A DNA stretch of 64,000 nt, taken from IMG/VR virus record IMGVR_UViG_3300022602_000070, one strand, 5' to 3'. Shown here piece by piece: positions 1 through 10,108 of the stretch (its first letter is position 1; each line of letters opens with the position of its first letter). The notes beneath the pieces were generated by a model. That model searched no databases, had not been told where the DNA came from, and worked only from the letters and a program-made list of their open reading frames with translations. The stretch is from an uncultured virus (IMG/VR IMGVR_UViG_3300022602_000070). Lineage: Duplodnaviria; Heunggongvirae; Uroviricota; Caudoviricetes. Made by a program: the position numbers and the translations under genes.

Positions 1-133
1 AACTATTGCTGTAGACACAGCAATAACTATTTCGGTCACACCATCATATGTAAGTAGTAGTTACTATTTGCAATTTAGTACGCCAGTACCATACGGAAAA
101 GTTGTCATAGCATTACTTGGCTTTGACAGCTAA
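1..133 (+). CDS. 3' end of a virion-associated protein (partial)
   Basis: Open frame from position 2 (...YYLQFSTPVPYGKVVIALLGFDS) to TAA at 131-133, followed by the AGGAG RBS of the next gene. Confidence 0.7.
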   Translation, partial: TIAVDTAITISVTPSYVSSSYYLQFSTPVPYGKVVIALLGFDS

Positions 134-146
134 TTAGGAGCACGTA

Positions 147-1703
147 ATGGCTCAAATGGGAAGAATAGGCGGCCCGTTACTAGCAGATAACTTACTACGT
201 AACGGCGCCAATCTTGCGTTTGAATCGCAAGTATTATACCTAAATGTCACAGGAAAATATATTGGTGTAGGCACAGCCGCACCTAGTGCTGATTTAACAG
301 TCAGTGGCACTACAAGCATTCCTGATTTAAGTGTTACTACCGCGGCAACATTTACCGATGTTGAATTTACTTCCAATCAAATACAAAATCCTGTTGGCAG
401 CATTACATTTTCACCTACATTATCTAGTGGAACTCAACAAGTTATTGTTCCTAATTTAGGTACAATTAACTCTCAATTAAATCCTATATTGTTGTTTAGT
501 GGCAATACTATTTCAAATAGTTACACAAACAGCGATATTAATTTTAGTCCTAATGGAACTGGAACAATTAATTTTGCTAACGGTAATGGCAATGTACAAG
601 TAACTGTTACGGGCGGCAATAGTTTACATGCCACTGGTAATATCACATTTGATGGCAATATCACATTAGGTAGTAGCAATACCGACACTATCGATTTTAC
701 AGCAGAAGTAGACAGTGACATATTACCCAGTGCCAGCGGTTTAGACAATTTAGGTTCTAGTGGACTAGAATGGAATAACGCTTACGTATATAATTCACTT
801 GGTAATTTTTATAACCCTTATTTCAGTATAACTGGTAATACTATCGCTGGCACTGTTTCAAATAGTACGGTATATTACACAGCTAACGGGTCAAGCAATG
901 TTAACTTAGAATACCTATCTGTTTATAATAATAATATTACAAACGTATGGCCTAGTCCGGCAAATAACACGCAAGCCAGCGTTATATTTGCACCTAACGG
1001 AACTGGAAATGTTCAAGTAAATTCTACACAAAGTTTAATTTTACCCATAGGTGATGACAGTTCTCGAGTGCTATCAGCAAACGGTGAAATTCGATTTAAT
1101 GATATAAATTTAAACATAGAAGGCTATGAAAATTCAGGTTATGTAAACTTTATCAATTTATACAGCCAAGATCATAACACGTATATTACAGCTGAATTAA
1201 CACCCGGAGCTGCCGATAATACTCTTAGATTTGCTGTCAACAACACAGTTACAACTACTATTAGTTCTACAACTGTTAGCAACAGTAATTTAGTTGCAGG
1301 CAGTGTGGCAATTACATCCAACACTATTCAAAATACTAATGGTGCTCAAAATCTAGCAATTACAGCCAATGGCACCGGGCAAGTAAACTTACAATCTTTT
1401 GTAGGATTTGGAAACAACACCATAGTTAATAATACAAATTCCGATATTTTGTTTCAATCTGAAGACGGCGGCCACTGGAAGTTTGGCGGTACTAACGGCG
1501 TTGGCTTGCCTACTGGCGGTACTAGTTCGAGACCCGGCAATCCACAAAATGGTGCTGTACGATATAATTCAGATTTAAGCGCCGGCGAGATATACTCGTC
1601 AACTCAGGGATGGATGCCTTGGGTAGGTTTGGGTAATACTGTTATTACACAAGATCAAGATCAAGATTTAACCTATGTATATACCCTGATCCTGGGTTAC
1701 TAA
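147..1703 (+). CDS. Virion fibre/baseplate-associated structural protein (paralogue of 1842..3344)
   Basis: AGGAG RBS; Asn/Thr/Gly-rich beta repeats (NGTGxV); two LPxG...R...GxxRxN..E.Y fibre motifs; N-terminus GRIGGPLLADNLLRNGANLAFE shared with the next ORF. Confidence 0.7.
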   Translation: MAQMGRIGGPLLADNLLRNGANLAFESQVLYLNVTGKYIGVGTAAPSADLTVSGTTSIPDLSVTTAATFTDVEFTSNQIQNPVGSITFSPTLSSGTQQVIVPNLGTINSQLNPILLFSGNTISNSYTNSDINFSPNGTGTINFANGNGNVQVTVTGGNSLHATGNITFDGNITLGSSNTDTIDFTAEVDSDILPSASGLDNLGSSGLEWNNAYVYNSLGNFYNPYFSITGNTIAGTVSNSTVYYTANGSSNVNLEYLSVYNNNITNVWPSPANNTQASVIFAPNGTGNVQVNSTQSLILPIGDDSSRVLSANGEIRFNDINLNIEGYENSGYVNFINLYSQDHNTYITAELTPGAADNTLRFAVNNTVTTTISSTTVSNSNLVAGSVAITSNTIQNTNGAQNLAITANGTGQVNLQSFVGFGNNTIVNNTNSDILFQSEDGGHWKFGGTNGVGLPTGGTSSRPGNPQNGAVRYNSDLSAGEIYSSTQGWMPWVGLGNTVITQDQDQDLTYVYTLILGY

Positions 1704-1713
1704 TCAAAACAGC

Positions 1714-1719
1714 TAAATA
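1714..1719 (+). promoter_or_regulatory. Late promoter motif TAAATA
   Basis: TAAATA recurs just upstream of most structural genes in the window; it is the core of the T4 late promoter TATAAATA. Confidence 0.6.
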
Positions 1720-1727
1720 CTATTACT

Positions 1728-1835
1728 GTAGAATTTGACCAAAATTCTACGATATCCGACTGTGGTAAACCCGCAAAGAGCCCTAAAAACTAGGGATGAA
1801 AAAGTGGTTATCCGTGAAACACGGTGGTAACGGGA
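1728..1835 (+). ncRNA. Putative structured 5' leader RNA (four hairpins)
   Basis: GTAGAATTT/AAATTCTAC (1728-1750), TGTGG/CCGCA (1761-1775), CCCTA/TAGGG (1781-1795), GTTAT-CCGTG/CACGG-GTAAC (1807-1831). Confidence 0.5.
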
Positions 1836-1841
1836 GCGTAA

Positions 1842-3344
1842 ATGGCTGTTGGTCGTATTTCAGGTCCGCTCTTAAAGGATAATTTACTTCGTAACGGGGT
1901 AAATTTAGCTTTTGAGACGAGCCTTCTCTATTTAGATGTTGTCAACGGTCGCGTGGGCGTCAATACTGCGACTCCAGCTTACACCTTAGATGTAAATGGA
2001 ACAACCCGTACCACTAATTTAAATGTAACAAACACTTTTAATTTTGCCACATTCACCATTTCTGGTGATACGATATCCAGTACTTCTAATACAATTAATT
2101 TACTTCCAACTGGATCTAATGGTGTAGTTTATAACACTACACTAAGCGTTGGTAATTTATCAGCTACCGGAAATACTATAAGTTCCACCAATACAAACGG
2201 TGCAATTAATATTACAGCCAACGGTACTGGCGCAATAAATTTAAACAATAATGTACTAGTTACTGGAAATTTGCATGCTACTGGAAATATTACCGCTGAT
2301 GGTAATATTCAGTTAGGTGCTAATACCGGTGATACTATTACATTTACTGGAGAAGTTAATAGTAATATTATTCCTAGTGCAACTAACACATATAATTTAG
2401 GTTCAAATGCACTACAATGGAACAAATTATACGCTAATTCTCTTAACACAAACATATTAAATGCTGGTAATGTTCAAATTAGCAGTAATACTGTTACCAC
2501 TACAACTGGCAATTTAAATTTAACAGCCAACGGAACTGGCACTGTACAAGTACAAAATTTAAGTTTTTATAATAATATAATTGGAAGTGTTAATTCTAAT
2601 GCAAATATTGTACTAACTCCGCAAGGTACAGGTAGTGTTGTAGTTAACAGTACACAAAGTTTCATAGTTCCAATCGGAACAACTGCCCAACGTCCAGGTA
2701 CGTTATCTGGTACAACTGCCGCTAACGGCATGATTCGTTATAACAGTACAATGTCACGCTATGAAGGTTATAGCGGAAGTCACTGGCAAAATCTTGGCGG
2801 AGTACAAAGTGTTGATGGTAATACTTACATAATTCCAGAAAGCAGTCCAGGTGCTGGAAACAACGTAATTAGTTTTTATGCCGCAGGAGTTAATAGTGCA
2901 TATATTAATAGTAGCGGATTGTATGCTAACGATTTTAAAACTGCCAATATTGACATAACTGGCAATACGATAAGTACATATACTAGTAATACTAATATTA
3001 ATCTTACTCCTAACGGGTCTGGCAATGTAATACTTGGTACTTTATCATTTAATACCAACACTATTACAAACAGCACTAGCGGCGCAGTAACTCAATTTTT
3101 AGCCACCGGAACTGGATACTATACATTCACTGGAACGTATGGCGTTACAATTCCTGTAGGAACTACCAGCAATCGTCCTGCTTCCCAGTATGATGAAACT
3201 GGTATGATTAGATTTAATACAGACTTATTAGCTGTTGAAGTATATAACGGAGTGTCTTGGGGTAGCGTAGTTGGTAACGCTGGCGGTATTAACCAAACTC
3301 AGGCTTCTGATATTGGTATTGCAACAGTATTAACATTTGGATAA
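1842..3344 (+). CDS. Virion fibre/baseplate-associated structural protein
   Basis: Paralogue of 147..1703; PxGTTxxRP...GMIRxN motif twice; Asn/Thr-rich repeats. Confidence 0.7.
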   Translation: MAVGRISGPLLKDNLLRNGVNLAFETSLLYLDVVNGRVGVNTATPAYTLDVNGTTRTTNLNVTNTFNFATFTISGDTISSTSNTINLLPTGSNGVVYNTTLSVGNLSATGNTISSTNTNGAINITANGTGAINLNNNVLVTGNLHATGNITADGNIQLGANTGDTITFTGEVNSNIIPSATNTYNLGSNALQWNKLYANSLNTNILNAGNVQISSNTVTTTTGNLNLTANGTGTVQVQNLSFYNNIIGSVNSNANIVLTPQGTGSVVVNSTQSFIVPIGTTAQRPGTLSGTTAANGMIRYNSTMSRYEGYSGSHWQNLGGVQSVDGNTYIIPESSPGAGNNVISFYAAGVNSAYINSSGLYANDFKTANIDITGNTISTYTSNTNINLTPNGSGNVILGTLSFNTNTITNSTSGAVTQFLATGTGYYTFTGTYGVTIPVGTTSNRPASQYDETGMIRFNTDLLAVEVYNGVSWGSVVGNAGGINQTQASDIGIATVLTFG

Positions 3345-3347
3345 AAC

Positions 3348-3680
3348 ATGACCACAGTATTTAAAAACGTATTATCTCCAAGCATTGGTACTACACCAAA
3401 TACCATCTTGACCTCTAATGCGTCTGCAACCACAACAGTTATTGGATTAAGTGTTACTAATACTACTAGTGAATTGTCACTAGTTTCTATTCAATTACAC
3501 GACACAATAGCAAACACAACTGCTTATTATATTAGTAATGTACTAGTGCCGTCGTATCAAAGTTTTAGGGTAGTAACCAACGGAGAAAAATTAATTCTTG
3601 GCCCGTCAACTACTGTAACTATAACTGCTTCGGTTGCTAATAGTTTAGATGTAGTAATGAGTTGGGTTGAAATAAGTTAA
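3348..3680 (+). CDS. Small virion protein (~110 aa family, related to 19015 and 19361)
   Basis: Tightly packed ORF; T(T/V)xxxS(V/I)xNxT pattern and a terminal (V/I)E(I/T)S shared with 19015/19361. Confidence 0.6.
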   Translation: MTTVFKNVLSPSIGTTPNTILTSNASATTTVIGLSVTNTTSELSLVSIQLHDTIANTTAYYISNVLVPSYQSFRVVTNGEKLILGPSTTVTITASVANSLDVVMSWVEIS

Positions 3681-3692
3681 CGGAGTTTTATT

Positions 3693-4058
3693 ATGGCATA
3701 CGTAGGATCAAATTCGATAGGACCAGATATTTTAGGCGGAAGACCTAGATTCTTTTACGGGTTACGTAGAACAGACTCTGGTGATTTATATATTCAAAAA
3801 ATAGATACAGTTTATAGTCAGGACAGTGCAAATATCAATAATCCAGGCGATCAAGTTAACAACTTTCTTCAAGTAGACGAAGGTGTTGATTTTTTTGAAG
3901 GTAGAGATGTTTACCATAATGTAGTTTATCCAAACTTAAACTATGAACAATATCGTTGGGATGATGTTAGTATCAATTATTACATGGATGAATCCACCGG
4001 CGAATTAGTTGCTAGAATTAATCAAATATATAGCTATCCTGCTTCTAACCAAGCGTAA
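3693..4058 (+). CDS. Hypothetical virion-associated protein
   Basis: GGAG RBS; 121 aa ORF within the structural operon. Confidence 0.65.
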   Translation: MAYVGSNSIGPDILGGRPRFFYGLRRTDSGDLYIQKIDTVYSQDSANINNPGDQVNNFLQVDEGVDFFEGRDVYHNVVYPNLNYEQYRWDDVSINYYMDESTGELVARINQIYSYPASNQA

Positions 4059-4078
4059 ATAGTTAAAAGGTATACAGA

Positions 4079-7000
4079 ATGACTCAATTTAGAATAGACA
4101 GAATTAGATTTACCTGGAGAGGTACATGGAATGGCACAACAGTTGTTAATAGTGTTACGACTGTAGGCACCTCCTACGTTAAAGATGACATTGTACGTTA
4201 CGGCGGAAAATCATATGTCTGTTTGATAGGTAATGTTGCTGGTACTAGTTTTTATACAGACTTAGCAGCCGGCAACTGGACATTATGGTTTGATGGTTAT
4301 TCTTGGCAAGGCGCATGGCAAAATGGAACTGCATACAATCTGGGCGACATTGTTGCATATGACAGCGTAGTATATATTTGTAATACACCGCATACAAGTG
4401 TAGCAAGTAATTTACCATTAAACATTACTGGAGTTTCTGCCGGTACTCCTTCTGCCGGAAATGTAACATATTCGTTTAGCCCAATGGCTATACAACCTTT
4501 CTTAGCTAATTCTACTGTAACTACTACTGGGTTTACTCCATCTGGATACAATGGAACATTCACTGTATCATCTGCTACACTTAGTAGTGTTGTGGTACCA
4601 AATGCAACAGTAGGTTCTGTATCAGTATACGGAACAGTATCAGGGTTAATACAAGCTGGTTTAGAATATAATCAGTCTTACTGGAGTGTTTATGCTAGTA
4701 CTGATGATTGGAATGGATACTGGGCTACAAATACTAGATACAAAGTTGACGACATTGTAAAATATGGTGGTATAACTTATCGTTGTACATCTGCTCACGT
4801 AAGTTCTGCATTACTAGAAACAGATATTGCTAACTGGGCAACTGTTGTTCAAACAGATAAATGGACTACAGAATGGCAAATTAGTACGCATTATCGACTT
4901 GACGACATTGTGCGTTACGGCGGAACAGTTTATCGTTGTATATCTGCGCATACTAGTGCAAACAATATAACCTTAGGTTTAGAATTCAATCAATCAAATT
5001 GGCAAACAGTTATTTCTGGTGTTCAATACTTAGGCATATGGGTTAACAATACTAGATATAAAAACAATGACGTTGTTAAGTATGGCGCAAATGCATATAT
5101 TTGTACATACCCGCATACTGCTGGTTCAACATTTAATCCATCTTATTTTTCCTTGTATATTCCAGGCGAAGAATATAGAAATTCATGGAACGCTAGTCTT
5201 AACTATGCTATAGGTGATATCGTAAAATATGGCGGATACAGTTATCTTGCCACAGCTCCTAGCATAAACGTAGCACCATCAACACTTGGCGGTTGGCAAC
5301 TATTGACGCTAGGCTATACAATGTCCGAAGATTGGAATTCTACAGCACAATTCCAAACAGGTGATGTTGTTAGAAGAAACGGACAACTGTATGTTTCTAT
5401 TGCAGACAGTCTTGGACAAGACCCAAATGCTGCCGGATCAACTTATTGGACTTTAATTGTTTCAGGTAGTCAATGGCAAAATAAATGGGCTTCGGGAAAC
5501 AATTATGCCATTGGAGATGTAGCAACTTATTATGCTACAGCCTATCGTTGTTTAACTGCTCATACTGCTAGCGGTAGTAACAGCCCATTGGGTAATGGTG
5601 CAGGTTATTGGGCTGTTTATATTCAAGGTGATCACTTTGAAGTCTTACAAAATCAAGGTGACATCACTAGTTACACAAATACTCAAGTAGCAGTTCCGAT
5701 TGGAACTCCTGGTATGGTGTTAAAGTCTAATGGCACACAAGTATCTTGGCAACAATTTGGATTAATTAATAATGTCTACTATGTAAGTAATGTGAACGGA
5801 GTAGACGCTCCAGGCTACGGACTTACAATGAATGCACCATTCAAGACTGTTGCGTATGCTTGTCAATATGTTGGCGCTGGAATATATTATACCAACACAG
5901 CATATTTGCTTAATGCTAACAAACAATGGTTAGTATCAGAAATGTTTAACTGGATGAATTACAATAGTGTTCATTCATCTAATGGATTTACTCCTAGTTC
6001 AACTTATGATCCTTATAAAACACAACGTGATGCTGAATACATCATCGACGGAATTATCTATGATATAACACGCGGCGGCAACAGTCAATCAGTTGCTAAT
6101 GCATACATGTTCTTCCAACCAGGTACTAATTTCTTTTATGATTCAGGTGTTTCAGCAGAAATTTCTTACTTTATTTCCTCGTTGACATTTTTATCAAACT
6201 TAATGACTAGTAATGTTATTAATAATATTGCTCCAGGTTCTAGCTATCAAGCATTAACTGGTGCTAGTACTGCACACATAACAGTAACTGGCGCTAGCGG
6301 AACAGGATCGACTGCAACATTAACTTTCTCAACACTAGCTCAACCTCCATTCAGTATAGGCGAAACTATCACCGTAGCTAACGTAGCACCGATTGACTAT
6401 AACGGAACTTACGTAGTTACTAGTGTAAGCACAAGTAGTGTCAGTTATAGTAGTCTTGCAGTTGCCGCATATTCTAGTGCATCTACTGGAAGTATAACTG
6501 GTTCAGCAATTAATCAAACAATTAACACAAATTATGTTGCTGAGGCAAATGCTAGTTCAGTTGTTAGCAGTTTAATGAATATTATTATCAATGCATTAAC
6601 TAATGCTAGTACTGCTAGTATACCTCCAACTAATTCTGGTATAACAAGTACTATTAATATTAAAGATGGCACATATAACGAAGTGCTACCAATTACTGTT
6701 CCAGAGAATACTGCGATTGTTGGTGACGAATTAAGAAATACAATTATTCAACCATCAGTTGCAAATGCTACATTTACTGGATCAATATCTGGAACGACTC
6801 TTATTATTTCAACAACAGCACCATTTACTGGATCGATTAGTATTGGCATGTGGGTAACTGCTTCTGGAATTTACACACCTATACAAATTACAGGACAAGT
6901 TTCAGGAACAACAGGATTAGCTGGCACATATACAGTAAGTTTAAGCCAGACTATTGCAAGTACATCGATGACAGCAAGTTACAGTGCTGGATATATGTTC

Positions 7001-10000
7001 TATGTAAGAAATGGTTCTGGCATTAGAAATATGACATTAAGCGGCCTTAACGGCGGCCTAAGTCCAGCTAATGCTTATTTGACCAAACGACCTACTGCTG
7101 GTGCTTACGTGAGTTTAGATCCAGGTAAAGGTCCTTATGATAGTAGTGCTTGGATCTTTAGAAAATCACCTTACGTGCAAAACGTAACAACTTTTGGTAC
7201 TGGATGTAGTGGATTAAAATTAGATGGAAATTTACATAACGGTGGAAATAAATCTGTAGTTGCTAACGACTTTACACAAGTTCTAAGTGACGGGATTGGT
7301 GTGTGGGTAACAGGATCTGGCGCATTAACTGAATTAGTTTCAGTGTTTACATATTATTGCCATGCAGGTTATTTGGCAGAAGCCGGTGCAAAAATTCGTG
7401 CTACTAACGGTAATAGTTCATATGGTACATATGGTGTAGTATCAGAAGGATATGATACTACTGAAGTACCAATTTCATGTACTGTGTTTAATAGATATTA
7501 TCAAGCTCAAGTGGCATCTGCATTTGCCGGGCAAGCTCAAAATAAAATTTTATTATTAGAATTTGCTAATTGTGGAACCACTTATACTAGTGCATCTTAT
7601 ACGTTTGCTGGTGCAGGTACACAAGCAAATGCCGTACAAAGCGAATTTAGAGATAATGCAGTATTCGAAACACACTTAACTGGCGCAACGCTAGGCTTAG
7701 GTGGCAGCGGCTATATAACTGCTGGTAACCAAGCTCAAGGTGGCACAAGCACCACTATTACTATTGCTACTAACGATCAATTCTCTCTAACAAATTATCA
7801 AGGTATGAGAATTATCATTATTAGCGGTACAGGTGTTGGACAATATGGCTACGTACAAGCATATAACACAGTTAGTAAAGTTATAACTGTCTTTACAGAA
7901 AGTACTGGAGTTGCTGGGTGGGATCACGTAGTACCAGGAACACCTATTGTGTCTACATTAGATACAACTACACAATATTCTATCGAGCCTCGCCCAATTT
8001 GGACAAGCCCAGGTTTTGCATCCACTGTGAGAACATTGCCAACTTCTAATTCTTGGTCATCAGTGGCTTATGGAAATGGAACATTCATTGCTATAGATAA
8101 TATCAGTGGAGTTACGGCGACATCAACAGATGGACAAACATGGGCACCAGGAACATCATTGCCCACATTTGCTACATGGACTAGTGTGATATATGGCGGA
8201 ACAGTATGGGTAGCAATTTCTGCTGGTCCTGGAAACGGAACTTTAACCTCAACTACTACTGCCGCATATTCTTCTAATAACGGTGTTACTTGGAATAATG
8301 CAACATTGCCATCCAGTCAGACATGGTCAGCTGTTGCTTATGGAAACGGAACTTTTGTAGCGATTGCAAACAACGGAACTGCTACTGCAACTTCATCAAC
8401 CGGAACATCATGGTCAGCTGGCGGAGCATTGCCAACAGGAACATGGGTATCTATTGCTTACAATCCTATTAGTAGTTCGTTTGTTGCAATTTCTTCTAGC
8501 GGAAATTATGCGGCTTATAGTACTAATAACGGAGCATCGTGGACTCTTTCAACAACACAACCGTCAGCCGCTACATGGGCATCTATCACTTGGGGTAACG
8601 GAAAACTAGTAGCAATATCAACTAGCGGAACAGCTACAACATATTCGTTTGATGGTATAACATGGTATGCAGGAAATAATTTACCACAATCTGCAACATG
8701 GACACAAATTGCATACGGTCAAGGATTATTTGTAGCAGTTGCATCTAATACTACCGCATGCGCAGTATCTCAAGATGGGTTAAATTGGACTCCACAAGTA
8801 TTAGCAATTTCGGCATTATGGAATTCTGTAGCATTTGGTAACCCGACAATATCAGGAACTATAACTCCAATATGGACAGCGGTATCCGGTGGCGCCATAA
8901 CTCCAAGTCAAATTGGTTGTTCTATCTTAACTGGTGCGACAACCAAAGGCCGACTTGTTGTAAGTTCCAGCGCAATCTTCCAAGTAAAAATTTGGGAGCC
9001 AGGAAGCGGATATGCATCAGCTCCTACTATGACTATTATTGATCCTAATATTGCACTTAACAGTGGAACTAATGCAACTACAATATGTAGATTAGGCACA
9101 GGTGTTCTAGCACAACCTTACTGGATCAACAGAGGTATTGGATATCAGACTAGTACAACTACAGTAAGTATTACTGGAAACGGTTACGCTGATATTTTAC
9201 AAGGTCCTACTAATTTAATTGTAACAGGAATTACCGGCTCGGCACCAACGCCAGGAGCTAACATGGTAATTTCTGGAATTAATACTCAGTACAACATTAC
9301 TACTATTACTCAATTAAATTCTACAACATATTTGTTTACATTGAGTATAAATTTAGACAATAGTGTGCAACCTGCTAATGGAACACCAGTGACTATTCGT
9401 ATCAAATATAGTCAAGCACGTTTAACAGGTCATGATTTCTTATATATTGGTACTGGTAATTTCTCTACTACAAATTATCCAAACGTTAATATTAGTACAG
9501 CATTACAGAATCAACAAATACAATTTAACAATGGTGGTCGTGTATTCTTAACCAGTACTGACCAAGACGGTAACTTTAAGGTTGGTAACCTATTTGGAGT
9601 ACAACAAGCTACAGGTATTGTTACAGTAAATGCTAGTTTGTTTAATTTAAATGGTGTTACATCATTGAGCTTAGGTGGCGTTTCTATAGGACAAAATGCT
9701 GTGATTATTAGTCAATTTTCAACAGATAGTTATTTTGTTGCTAATAGTGACGCAATTATTCCTACACAAAAAGCTATTAAATCTTATGTGGCTCGTGCAA
9801 TTTCAACTGGTGGCTCTGCCGCCCAAACAGGAACTGCTGTTTCGGGTATTGTTGGAATAGGGCAACAAAATAATGTCACAGCCGATATTTTTACCACAAC
9901 CGGTACAGCAATGTATATAGGACGAAACGGCACCGCTAGTCCAAATAAAGTGTTGTTTGCTGGTAACGGGCAAGGGGTTCCTACTGGAATTGATGGAGGA

Positions 10001-10051
10001 ATGCTAGCTATGGCATTCTTTAGTAACAGTTTTGGTGGAAGCCAGTTATAA
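4079..10051 (+). CDS. Giant virion fibre/adhesin: N-terminal Trp-rich CBM5/12-like repeats, beta-helix-like core, beta-propeller-like repeats
   Basis: TAAATA at 4056-4061; repeats W..xTxY..DDIVxYGG..YxC...H; SPYVQNVTTFG...VANDFTQ core; W..VAYGNG.FVAI repeats; C-terminal FSTD..F.ANSD..IPTQKAIKSY. Confidence 0.7.
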   Translation: MTQFRIDRIRFTWRGTWNGTTVVNSVTTVGTSYVKDDIVRYGGKSYVCLIGNVAGTSFYTDLAAGNWTLWFDGYSWQGAWQNGTAYNLGDIVAYDSVVYICNTPHTSVASNLPLNITGVSAGTPSAGNVTYSFSPMAIQPFLANSTVTTTGFTPSGYNGTFTVSSATLSSVVVPNATVGSVSVYGTVSGLIQAGLEYNQSYWSVYASTDDWNGYWATNTRYKVDDIVKYGGITYRCTSAHVSSALLETDIANWATVVQTDKWTTEWQISTHYRLDDIVRYGGTVYRCISAHTSANNITLGLEFNQSNWQTVISGVQYLGIWVNNTRYKNNDVVKYGANAYICTYPHTAGSTFNPSYFSLYIPGEEYRNSWNASLNYAIGDIVKYGGYSYLATAPSINVAPSTLGGWQLLTLGYTMSEDWNSTAQFQTGDVVRRNGQLYVSIADSLGQDPNAAGSTYWTLIVSGSQWQNKWASGNNYAIGDVATYYATAYRCLTAHTASGSNSPLGNGAGYWAVYIQGDHFEVLQNQGDITSYTNTQVAVPIGTPGMVLKSNGTQVSWQQFGLINNVYYVSNVNGVDAPGYGLTMNAPFKTVAYACQYVGAGIYYTNTAYLLNANKQWLVSEMFNWMNYNSVHSSNGFTPSSTYDPYKTQRDAEYIIDGIIYDITRGGNSQSVANAYMFFQPGTNFFYDSGVSAEISYFISSLTFLSNLMTSNVINNIAPGSSYQALTGASTAHITVTGASGTGSTATLTFSTLAQPPFSIGETITVANVAPIDYNGTYVVTSVSTSSVSYSSLAVAAYSSASTGSITGSAINQTINTNYVAEANASSVVSSLMNIIINALTNASTASIPPTNSGITSTINIKDGTYNEVLPITVPENTAIVGDELRNTIIQPSVANATFTGSISGTTLIISTTAPFTGSISIGMWVTASGIYTPIQITGQVSGTTGLAGTYTVSLSQTIASTSMTASYSAGYMFYVRNGSGIRNMTLSGLNGGLSPANAYLTKRPTAGAYVSLDPGKGPYDSSAWIFRKSPYVQNVTTFGTGCSGLKLDGNLHNGGNKSVVANDFTQVLSDGIGVWVTGSGALTELVSVFTYYCHAGYLAEAGAKIRATNGNSSYGTYGVVSEGYDTTEVPISCTVFNRYYQAQVASAFAGQAQNKILLLEFANCGTTYTSASYTFAGAGTQANAVQSEFRDNAVFETHLTGATLGLGGSGYITAGNQAQGGTSTTITIATNDQFSLTNYQGMRIIIISGTGVGQYGYVQAYNTVSKVITVFTESTGVAGWDHVVPGTPIVSTLDTTTQYSIEPRPIWTSPGFASTVRTLPTSNSWSSVAYGNGTFIAIDNISGVTATSTDGQTWAPGTSLPTFATWTSVIYGGTVWVAISAGPGNGTLTSTTTAAYSSNNGVTWNNATLPSSQTWSAVAYGNGTFVAIANNGTATATSSTGTSWSAGGALPTGTWVSIAYNPISSSFVAISSSGNYAAYSTNNGASWTLSTTQPSAATWASITWGNGKLVAISTSGTATTYSFDGITWYAGNNLPQSATWTQIAYGQGLFVAVASNTTACAVSQDGLNWTPQVLAISALWNSVAFGNPTISGTITPIWTAVSGGAITPSQIGCSILTGATTKGRLVVSSSAIFQVKIWEPGSGYASAPTMTIIDPNIALNSGTNATTICRLGTGVLAQPYWINRGIGYQTSTTTVSITGNGYADILQGPTNLIVTGITGSAPTPGANMVISGINTQYNITTITQLNSTTYLFTLSINLDNSVQPANGTPVTIRIKYSQARLTGHDFLYIGTGNFSTTNYPNVNISTALQNQQIQFNNGGRVFLTSTDQDGNFKVGNLFGVQQATGIVTVNASLFNLNGVTSLSLGGVSIGQNAVIISQFSTDSYFVANSDAIIPTQKAIKSYVARAISTGGSAAQTGTAVSGIVGIGQQNNVTADIFTTTGTAMYIGRNGTASPNKVLFAGNGQGVPTGIDGGMLAMAFFSNSFGGSQL

Positions 10052-10108
10052 AATAGCAAAATATTAGGAATGCATAATCGCATAAATATATCAGAGGAAT
10101 AATATAAA

